Shown: positions 57,377-64,000 of the stretch, one piece after another
Layout of the letters: each line of letters opens with the position of its first letter
How positions within the stretch are numbered: the first letter of the stretch is position 1
NCBI GenBank assembly: GCA_963719085.1
Contig: CAVRAL010000001.1
Span: 832,001 to 896,000, forward strand
DNA length: 64,000 nucleotides
Origin: a candidate division FCPU426 bacterium
GTDB taxonomy: Bacteria > Oederibacteriota > Muellerivitia > Muellerivitales > Muellerivitaceae
Direction: 5' to 3'
The notes under the pieces: generated by a model
What the model saw: the letters and a program-made list of their open reading frames with translations, nothing else
Database searches by the model: none
What the model was told of the DNA's origin: nothing
Made by a program: the position numbers and the translations under genes

Positions 57377-58780
57377 CTATATTCTCGAGAGTCGTTTCTT
57401 CACCTGCAGGCTTAGTTTGCCCAAGCTTTTAGCCTGCGAGGCCACGTTCAAGGGCGAGGTTCCACCAATGGCCTTTTTTTGCGCCACCGAATTCCGCACC
57501 GTCAGTTTTTCTTTGGTTCCGGCCGGGAATTTAGACGAGAACTTTCGCAGCTCCCCATCGGTTAAATCCCGCAAGCCCTTCCTTTGTTCGAGGCAATATT
57601 GAACTATCTGGCCCACGATTTCATGGGTCTGCCGGAAAGGAACGCCTTGTTTGACCAAAAGATCGGCCAAGTCGGTGGCCAAAAGCCCAAAATCGCTCTC
57701 GGCGGCGGACAACATTTCGCCCCGGTTGAATTTTACTTTTCCGAGGAACGCGGCCATCAGGGCCATCGAAGACGAAACCGTATCGGCCGAATCAAAAACG
57801 AAATGTTTGTCTTCCTGCAGGTCCCGGTTATAGGCCAGGGGTAAGCCCTTCAAGACGGTCAGAAGTCCCAAAAGATTGGCGAAAACCCGGCCGGATTTCC
57901 CCCGGATCAGTTCCACCACATCGGGGTTCTTTTTTTGCGGCATCAAGCTGGAGCCGGTGGCGAAAGCGTCGTCCATTTGAAGGTAATTAAATTCCGCGCT
58001 GGCCCAAAGGATTAAATCCTCGGACAAACGGGAAAGATGCATTTGAGCTACCGCGGCGGCGGACAAAAAGTCGACGAACACGTCCCGATCCGAGACCGCG
58101 TCCAGGCTGTTGGGCAAAATACTTTTAAGATTTAAATACTTGGCGGTTTTCGCCCGGTTGAAGGCGTGATTCGTGCCGGCCAAAGCCCCGGAACCCAAAG
58201 GCAGGGCGTCCGCCCTATCCCAAGCGGCGAGGAACCGGTCCATATCGCGGGCGATCATAAAACCGTAAGCGGCCAAATGATGGCCCAGGGTCACCGGCAT
58301 GGCCCGTTGCAGGTGCGTATAGCCGGGCATGATTGAGTCTTTTTCCTGCAAGGCCAATTGGGAAAGCACTTGAATGAGGGACAGCCCCGCTTGTACGGCT
58401 TCTTTCGTGGCCTGCCTCAGATAAAGCCGAAGATCGGTGGCCACTTGGTCGTTGCGCGACCTTCCGGTATGGAGCTTGCCGCCGACGGGCCCCACGATTT
58501 GGGTCAGGGCTTTTTCAATGGCGGTATGGATGTCTTCCAGGCTTTTATCCAACGGCAATTTTCCCGCCTTCAAAAGTTTCCCAACTTTCAGCAGGCCGGA
58601 CAAAAGCGTTTTTCCCTCGGCGGGAGTTAAAAGTTTGGCGTCCATCAGGGTGCGGACATGGGCCCGGCTTCCCTCGATGTCGAAAGGCCCTAACCGGTAG
58701 TCAAAAGAGATTGACTCGGTAAACGCCTCGACCCGAGGGTCGGTGGGTTTTTTAAATCTTCCGCTCCAGGTTTTTTTCAT
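57377..58780 (-). CDS. argH: Argininosuccinate lyase
   Basis: [14 protein letters not shown] and [12 protein letters not shown]. Confidence 0.97.
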   Translation of the reverse strand: MKKTWSGRFKKPTDPRVEAFTESISFDYRLGPFDIEGSRAHVRTLMDAKLLTPAEGKTLLSGLLKVGKLLKAGKLPLDKSLEDIHTAIEKALTQIVGPVGGKLHTGRSRNDQVATDLRLYLRQATKEAVQAGLSLIQVLSQLALQEKDSIMPGYTHLQRAMPVTLGHHLAAYGFMIARDMDRFLAAWDRADALPLGSGALAGTNHAFNRAKTAKYLNLKSILPNSLDAVSDRDVFVDFLSAAAVAQMHLSRLSEDLILWASAEFNYLQMDDAFATGSSLMPQKKNPDVVELIRGKSGRVFANLLGLLTVLKGLPLAYNRDLQEDKHFVFDSADTVSSSMALMAAFLGKVKFNRGEMLSAAESDFGLLATDLADLLVKQGVPFRQTHEIVGQIVQYCLEQRKGLRDLTDGELRKFSSKFPAGTKEKLTVRNSVAQKKAIGGTSPLNVASQAKSLGKLSLQVKKRLSRI

Positions 58781-59985
58781 TTCGTTTTCCTTTTAACGGC
58801 CCCAACCACTTTGAGAGGCAGACCAAAAAGCCGGATAAAACCTTCCGCGTCTTTTTGGTTATAAACCTCATCCTCGCCAAAAGTCGCCAAGTCCTGCTGA
58901 TAAAGCGAATAAGGCGACTTCACGCCGGTGGCGGTGACCCGGCCCGGATTGAGCTCCACCCGGACATCGCCGGAAACGTTCTTTTGCATCTCGTTAAAAA
59001 AGGCTTCCAGGCTGTCCCGCAAGGGCGAAAACCATTGGCCGAAATAAATCAGCTCGGCGTATTTCACCGACAAAAGCTGGCTGTAATGCAGCGTGTCCCG
59101 CTCCACCGTCAAGGTTTGCAAAGCCCGGTGCGCCTCATAAAGAATCGTGGCCCCCGGCGATTCATAAACTCCCCGGCTCTTCATGCCCACCAGCCGGTTT
59201 TCCACCATATCCACCCGGCCCACGCCGTAAGCGGCGCCCAGTTGATTCAATTTTTCCAAAAGCGCGACGCTGGAAAGTTTTTTGCCGTTCAATGAAACCG
59301 GGAACCCGTGCTTAAATCCGACTTCAATATTCAACGGCTTCTTGGGCGCTTGGGCCGGATCCTTGGTAATTAAAAAAACATGCTTGGAGGGTGCGTTCCA
59401 GGGATCTTCCAATTCCCCGCCTTCATGGCTCAAATGCCACAAGTTACCGTCCATGGAATAGGGTCTTTTTTTGGTGACCGGAATCTCGATGCCCCGTTTT
59501 TGGGCGTAATCGATCGCGTCTTCCCGGGACCGGATATCCCATTCCCGCCAAGGCGCGATGATCTTCAAATGCGGCGCCAAAGCCATGGCGGTCAACTCAA
59601 ACCGGACCTGGTCATTGCCTTTGCCGGTCGCGCCATGGGCCACGGCGTCCGCGCCTTCTTTTAGGGCGACCTCGACCATTCCCTTGGCGATGACCGGCCG
59701 GGCCAAGGAAGTGCCCAGCAAATAAATCCCCTCGTATTTCGCCTGGGCCCGGAGCGCCGGGAAACAGTACTCGTCCACGAATTCTTTTTTCAGGTCTTGG
59801 ATCACGGCTTTCACCGCGCCGGTCTTCAACGCCTTTTTGTAAGCCGCCTTGGCTTCCCCGCCCTGGCCGACATCGGCGATGTAGGCGATGACTTCGCAGC
59901 CATAGTTCTCTTTAAGCCAAGAGATGATGATGGAAGTGTCTAATCCCCCCGAGTAGGCAAGGACTACTTTCTTGATTTTTTTCAT
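58777..59985 (-). CDS. argG: Argininosuccinate synthase
   Basis: [23 protein letters not shown] and [11 protein letters not shown]. Confidence 0.97.
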   Translation of the reverse strand: MKKIKKVVLAYSGGLDTSIIISWLKENYGCEVIAYIADVGQGGEAKAAYKKALKTGAVKAVIQDLKKEFVDEYCFPALRAQAKYEGIYLLGTSLARPVIAKGMVEVALKEGADAVAHGATGKGNDQVRFELTAMALAPHLKIIAPWREWDIRSREDAIDYAQKRGIEIPVTKKRPYSMDGNLWHLSHEGGELEDPWNAPSKHVFLITKDPAQAPKKPLNIEVGFKHGFPVSLNGKKLSSVALLEKLNQLGAAYGVGRVDMVENRLVGMKSRGVYESPGATILYEAHRALQTLTVERDTLHYSQLLSVKYAELIYFGQWFSPLRDSLEAFFNEMQKNVSGDVRVELNPGRVTATGVKSPYSLYQQDLATFGEDEVYNQKDAEGFIRLFGLPLKVVGAVKRKTK

Positions 59986-60911
59986 TTTGTGTCTCCCATA
60001 AGTTCAACGAGTAAGGCCTTTTGCGCGTGAAGCCGGTTTTCCGCCTGGTCAAAAACCACGGATTTGGGTCCGTCCATGACACCCGCCGAGACTTCCTGTC
60101 CCCGGTAAGCCGGCAGGCAATGCATAAAGAGGGCTTTCGGCGACTCCGCCATTAATTTTTCATTCACTTGGTATCCGGCGAAATCCTTCAAGCGCTTGGC
60201 TTGCTCGGCTTCCTGGCCCATGCTGGTCCAAACATCGGTGTAAACCACGTCGGCTCCCTTGACCGAACCCGGAACCGAGTGGACAATTTCCAAACGGCTT
60301 TTGGTTTTCGCCGCTTCTTTTTGGGCCGCTGAAAGAACGGAAGTCGCCGGCCGGTAATCTTTCGGGCACACGATTTTAAGGTTCATGCCGGTCTTGGCCG
60401 CGCCAATCAGCAGGCTGTGGGCCACGTTATTGCCGTCGCCCACGTAAACCATCTGGACGCCCTTGAAACCGCCGAGTTTTTCTTTCACCGTCAAAAGATC
60501 GGCCAAGGCCTGGCAGGGATGGTGAAGATCGCTGAGTCCGTTGATGACCGGCACTGACGCGAACTCGGCCAATTCCTCGACCGTTTGATGGGCGTAAGTC
60601 CGCGCCATGATGCCTTGCGTCATCCGGGACAAAACCCGGGCCGTATCCGCGACCGTCTCGCCTTTTCCCAATTGAATGTCTTGCTTGCCCAAAAACAAAG
60701 CCTGGCCGCCGAGCTGGGCCATGCCCACCTCAAACGAAACCCGGGTCCGGGTGGAAGTTTTCTCAAACAACATGGCCAGGGCCTGGCCCTTGAGCGCCTT
60801 GCGGACTTTGGCCGGTTTATTTTTTATTTTTTCAGCCGACTTTAAAAGGTCGAGCAGTTCGGAATTGGAAAATTCCAATAAGGTCAGAAGGTCCCGTTTC
60901 GAGGAGGGCAT
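59982..60911 (-). CDS. argF: Ornithine carbamoyltransferase
   Basis: [20 protein letters not shown] and HCLP. Confidence 0.96.
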   Translation of the reverse strand: MPSSKRDLLTLLEFSNSELLDLLKSAEKIKNKPAKVRKALKGQALAMLFEKTSTRTRVSFEVGMAQLGGQALFLGKQDIQLGKGETVADTARVLSRMTQGIMARTYAHQTVEELAEFASVPVINGLSDLHHPCQALADLLTVKEKLGGFKGVQMVYVGDGNNVAHSLLIGAAKTGMNLKIVCPKDYRPATSVLSAAQKEAAKTKSRLEIVHSVPGSVKGADVVYTDVWTSMGQEAEQAKRLKDFAGYQVNEKLMAESPKALFMHCLPAYRGQEVSAGVMDGPKSVVFDQAENRLHAQKALLVELMGDTK

Positions 60912-60920
60912 GTTTTTTTC

Positions 60921-62120
60921 CTAGGATTTTAATTCTTCGGTGATGGCGGCCTCAAGTTTGACCATGGCCTTGTCGATATCCGCCGGAGTGGCGATCAGGG
61001 GCGGCAGGAACCGGAGCACGGTTTCGTGGGCGGCGCCCACCAAAAGACCCTGCTTGGCGCATTGGGAAACCAAAGAAGCCGCGTTCCGGGTCATTTCCAA
61101 ACCTTGCACCAATCCAATTCCCCGCACCTCGGTAAAAAGCTTGGGATATCTTTTCTGGACCGTCAAAAGTTTCTCCCGCAAGTACTCGCCGTGCTTCGCC
61201 GCCAAGGCCACCAAGTCTTTCATAATGATCGTCTCAATATTGGCGATCGCCGCGGCGCTGATAATGGGATTGCCTCCGAACGTGGACGCGTGGTCCCCCG
61301 GCTGGAAGCCCGTGGCCGCCTGATTGGTGACCATGAGGGCGCCCATCGGAAGCCCGGCGCCCAGCGCCTTGGCCGAAGTCATCATGTCCGGCTCAATGCC
61401 GTAATGCTCGTAAGCCCACATCTTGCCGGTGCGGCCCAAGCCGGTCTGCACCTCGTCCAGAATGAGAAGCAAGCCGCTTTCCCGGGTCAATTCCCGGAGG
61501 TCTTTAAGGAATTTCTGGTCCGCGGGATAAATGCCGCCCTCGCATTGGATGACCTCGACTAAAACCGCTCCCGTTTTGACCGTGATGAGCTTCTTCACGC
61601 TTTCGATATTGTTGAAGGTGGCGAACTTGAATCCGGGCAAAAGCGGGTCCAGGCCTTCCTGGTATTTCACCTGGCCCGTGGCTGAGATGGCGCCCATGGT
61701 GCGGCCATGGAAAGACCGGTGGAAGCTGATGATCTCGTGTTTGTCCTGGCCCTGCCGCCTGAAATATTTCCGGACCAGCTTGATGGCGGCCTCAATGGCC
61801 TCCGCGCCCGAGTTGCAAAAGAAGATTTTTTGCGCGAACGAAATTTCGCACAAAAGCTTGGCCAACTTGACGTTGGGCTCGTTGTAATAGTAATTGGAGA
61901 CGTGGCCGAGCTTCTTGGCTTCCTCGATGATGGCGTTCACCACCTCCGGATAGGCTTGGCCCAGGCCATTGACCGCGATACCGGAAAAAAAGTCCAGATA
62001 GACGGTGCGTTCGGAATCATAGACATGGACGCCTTCACCGCGCATGAGCACGATCTTTTGCCGGTTATAAACCGGGAGAAGATGATCGTCGCCGCTTTGG
62101 ATGATCTTGTAGGTTTCCAT
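60921..62120 (-). CDS. argD: Acetylornithine aminotransferase
   Basis: NSGAEA, FHGRT, DEVQTG and STFGGNP; start is the ATG at 62120 with an AGGAG SD. Confidence 0.93.
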   Translation of the reverse strand: METYKIIQSGDDHLLPVYNRQKIVLMRGEGVHVYDSERTVYLDFFSGIAVNGLGQAYPEVVNAIIEEAKKLGHVSNYYYNEPNVKLAKLLCEISFAQKIFFCNSGAEAIEAAIKLVRKYFRRQGQDKHEIISFHRSFHGRTMGAISATGQVKYQEGLDPLLPGFKFATFNNIESVKKLITVKTGAVLVEVIQCEGGIYPADQKFLKDLRELTRESGLLLILDEVQTGLGRTGKMWAYEHYGIEPDMMTSAKALGAGLPMGALMVTNQAATGFQPGDHASTFGGNPIISAAAIANIETIIMKDLVALAAKHGEYLREKLLTVQKRYPKLFTEVRGIGLVQGLEMTRNAASLVSQCAKQGLLVGAAHETVLRFLPPLIATPADIDKAMVKLEAAITEELKS

Positions 62121-62139
62121 GTTTTTCTCCTGAAAAATG

Positions 62140-62182
62140 AAAAAGCCCCCGTTGGGCTGTGCCACGGAGACTTATCGGGGGC
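62140..62182 (-). terminator. Terminator-like hairpin just upstream of argD
   Basis: Minus strand reads gcccccg...cgggggc-tttttcattttt, with a large loop. Confidence 0.45.
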
Positions 62183-62212
62183 ATCTTACCGGGAATCCGG
62201 GGAGCCTGTCAA
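62183..62212 (-). promoter_or_regulatory. Sigma70-type promoter for the arg/dap operon
   Basis: TTGACA, 18 nt spacer, TAAGAT on the minus strand. Confidence 0.55.
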
Positions 62213-62246
62213 CAAGCCACAAAAAGGCTTGAAAACAAGACTTGGA

Positions 62247-62410
62247 ACAATGATGGACGCGGATGAACGCGGATAAAACAATTACGATTACTCGGCTTTA
62301 ATCATCTGCGTTCATCAGCGTGCGCGCCGCTCCTCCACATAAGGGTCAGCGGGGAGCGGCATTGTCCCGGGATTCCTTAACTTTCACGTGGAGTCCCGGG
62401 GCATCATGGC
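62247..62410. repeat. Composite element: family B palindrome with a nested 79 bp double-hairpin insert (62324-62402)
   Basis: acaatgatggacgcggatgaacgcggat ... atctgcgttcatcagcgtgc[insert]atcatggc. Confidence 0.88.
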
Positions 62411-62429
62411 AAATTGACTTTTTGTAGTT

Positions 62430-63578
62430 TTAAACCCGCACGCTGGGATTGGTCAGCTTTTCGTATTCCTGGATGGCGAAACGGTCGGTCATCCCGGCGA
62501 TATAGTCCGCGATCGCGCGGTGAAGCGTCTCTTGGCCGGACTTAATCTTTTCCCGGGTGGCCTTGGGCAGAATATCCGGGTTGGCTGAATAGAGCCTGAA
62601 GAGTTCCTGGATGACTTTTTTCGACTTGTCCTCAATACGGATCACCCGGTCATGCCGGTACATATTTTGGAACAAAAATTTCTTCATGTCCTGATGGTCA
62701 ATACGCGCCTTATTCGAAAACGCCGCGATCTCCTCGGGCGCCCGGCGCACCTCCATCAATGTTTTGATCCCGAACTTATCGATCCGGCGCTGGGTTTCCT
62801 CAATGACATCCGTCACCCAATAATTGATCAACCGGTTCACGGCCTGGTATTTGGTCTTCCCCCGGCTTAAATTCGGATAATCGGTTTGAACCTTTTTGAG
62901 CGTCTCTTCCCAAATGGAGACCGCCTTGAGTTCCTCGAAATCCAGAAGCCGGGAGGTAATCCCGTCGTCGATGTCATGGGCCGTATAGGCGATCTCGTCG
63001 GACAGGTCCACGATTTGGGCTTCCAGGGTGTATTGCTCCCCATAGCCTTCCTGGGGGCGGTCATAGCGGGTCCGGTGCTTGTCGATACCTTCCAACACTT
63101 CATAAGAAAGGTTCAGTCCGTCAAAGTCGGGATATTTTTCCTCGAGGTGCGTCACGATCCGGTAGCTTTGCGCGTTGTGCTCGAATCCCCCGTCGTTTTT
63201 CATCAAGTCATTCAAAACCTTCTCTCCCATATGGCCGAAAGGCGTATGGCCCAAGTCGTGGGCCAAGGCGATGGCTTCGGTTAAATCCTGGTTGAGCCCC
63301 AGGGTCCTGGCAATGGACCGGGCGATCTGCGCCACTTCCAAAGTGTGGGTGATGCGGGTCCGGTAATAGTCCCCCTCATGGTTGACGAAGACCTGGGTTT
63401 TATATTGCAGCCGGCGAAAGGCCGAGGAATGGATGACGCGGTCCCGGTCCCGTTGAAAGGTTGTCCGGTAGATATGCTCGGGCTCGGGATATTTGCGCCC
63501 GGTGGATTGGGCCGCCCGGACCGCGAATGGCGCCAGGCTTTGATCCTCGAGTTTTTCCAAATCTTCCCGGCGATACAT
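62430..63578 (-). CDS. dgt: Deoxyguanosinetriphosphate triphosphohydrolase (HD family)
   Basis: FQRDRDR, FRRLQYKTQV, RTRITH, HDLGHTPFGH and DYIAGMTD; start is the ATG at 63578. Confidence 0.94.
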   Translation of the reverse strand: MYRREDLEKLEDQSLAPFAVRAAQSTGRKYPEPEHIYRTTFQRDRDRVIHSSAFRRLQYKTQVFVNHEGDYYRTRITHTLEVAQIARSIARTLGLNQDLTEAIALAHDLGHTPFGHMGEKVLNDLMKNDGGFEHNAQSYRIVTHLEEKYPDFDGLNLSYEVLEGIDKHRTRYDRPQEGYGEQYTLEAQIVDLSDEIAYTAHDIDDGITSRLLDFEELKAVSIWEETLKKVQTDYPNLSRGKTKYQAVNRLINYWVTDVIEETQRRIDKFGIKTLMEVRRAPEEIAAFSNKARIDHQDMKKFLFQNMYRHDRVIRIEDKSKKVIQELFRLYSANPDILPKATREKIKSGQETLHRAIADYIAGMTDRFAIQEYEKLTNPSVRV

Positions 63579-63827
63579 GGGGATCCTGACGGCGAAAGAA
63601 TTAAGGGAGACATGGAAATAGTAGCGGGTGGAAAGGCAAAGTGCTAGGGGGAACAATAGATTCGGGAAACACAAAGAAAACCGACGGGCTAGGGGAACTT
63701 CGAGATACAAAGTTAAAGGTCGTTCGGGCTTATGGCGCCCCAACAATCTTTATTAAATTTTTTGGAGGTTGGGACCATCCATTTTTTCCATATCGTCGCC
63801 AGAGGCGACATTTTGTAATGAAAAAAA

Positions 63828-63903
63828 TGGTGGAGGCGATGGGGATCGAACCCACGACCCCTTCCATGCCATGGAAGTGCTCTCCCAGCTGAGCTACGCC
63901 CCC
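63828..63903 (-). tRNA. tRNA-Ala (GGC)
   Basis: GGGGGCGTAGCTCAGCTGGGAGAGCACTTCCATGGCATGGAAGGGGTCGTGGGTTCGATCCCCATCGCCTCCACCA; 76 nt with encoded CCA. Confidence 0.97.
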
Positions 63904-64000
63904 TCCGGTCTAACAGCGGACAGTGATTCTAACTAAAATGGATAAAAAAACAAGCGACATCATAAAATTGGCCTGCCAACTGTAGCGGCTCGTTGAACCA

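Noticed and set aside
51754..62221. ACAAGCCACA 10-mer to the left of both composite elements
   Set aside because: It lies on opposite sides relative to element orientation, so it is not part of the unit and is probably chance.
62430..63578. dGTPase as an anti-phage gene
   Set aside because: It has host-like composition and a housekeeping neighbourhood, with no defence context.
1139..63647. Many long plus-strand ORFs (for example 1451-2434, 17192-18367, 29537-30580, 52127-53158)
   Set aside because: They are antisense shadows of well-supported minus-strand genes in GC-rich DNA and show no recognisable motifs.
63579..63746. 5' extension of the dGTPase ORF, and the GCTAGGGG(G)AAC direct repeat near 63643 and 63688
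   Set aside because: The extension is not dGTPase-like. The repeat has only two short copies, too little to call an array or operator.
63790..63903. tRNA-Ala as an integration site
   Set aside because: No integrase and no duplicated tRNA 3' end were seen in the window.

Overview
This is a 64 kb chromosomal window from a GC-rich diderm bacterium (it has an Omp85/BamA-type barrel, LptE and MurJ). Almost every gene is on the minus strand; among the called genes only rpsT and a GAF-GGDEF cyclase are on plus. Most of the content is housekeeping: an Omp85-peptidase, TolB-like and sppA envelope cluster; miaA-mutL; murJ; rpsT; holA-lptE-leuS; recN; a cold-shock gene; a fused indolepyruvate:ferredoxin oxidoreductase; dxs-ispA-xseB; xseA; an ABC/TPR module; nadX-nadA; panDCB; folK; dapL/dapB/dapA/lysA; argHGFD; a dGTPase; and tRNA-Ala(GGC). 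A block of about 9 kb of accessory genes separates xseA from xseB. The most striking unexplained structure is a dense set of dispersed palindromic elements. Family A (7 copies) has arms made of three tandem ~8-mers (CGCCAAGA-like) around unique AT-rich spacers. Two family A copies lie in frame inside the predicted signal-peptide n-regions of two adjacent exported proteins. Family B (4 copies) has arms made of three tandem 9-mers (GATGAACGC-like). Two family B copies carry the same 78-79 bp double-hairpin insert at the same position, with a compensatory base change between them. Single members of two further palindromic families are also present. No transposase, integrase, CRISPR array or candidate mobilising nuclease is visible in the window. 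All product calls come from recognising motifs by eye, not from database searches.
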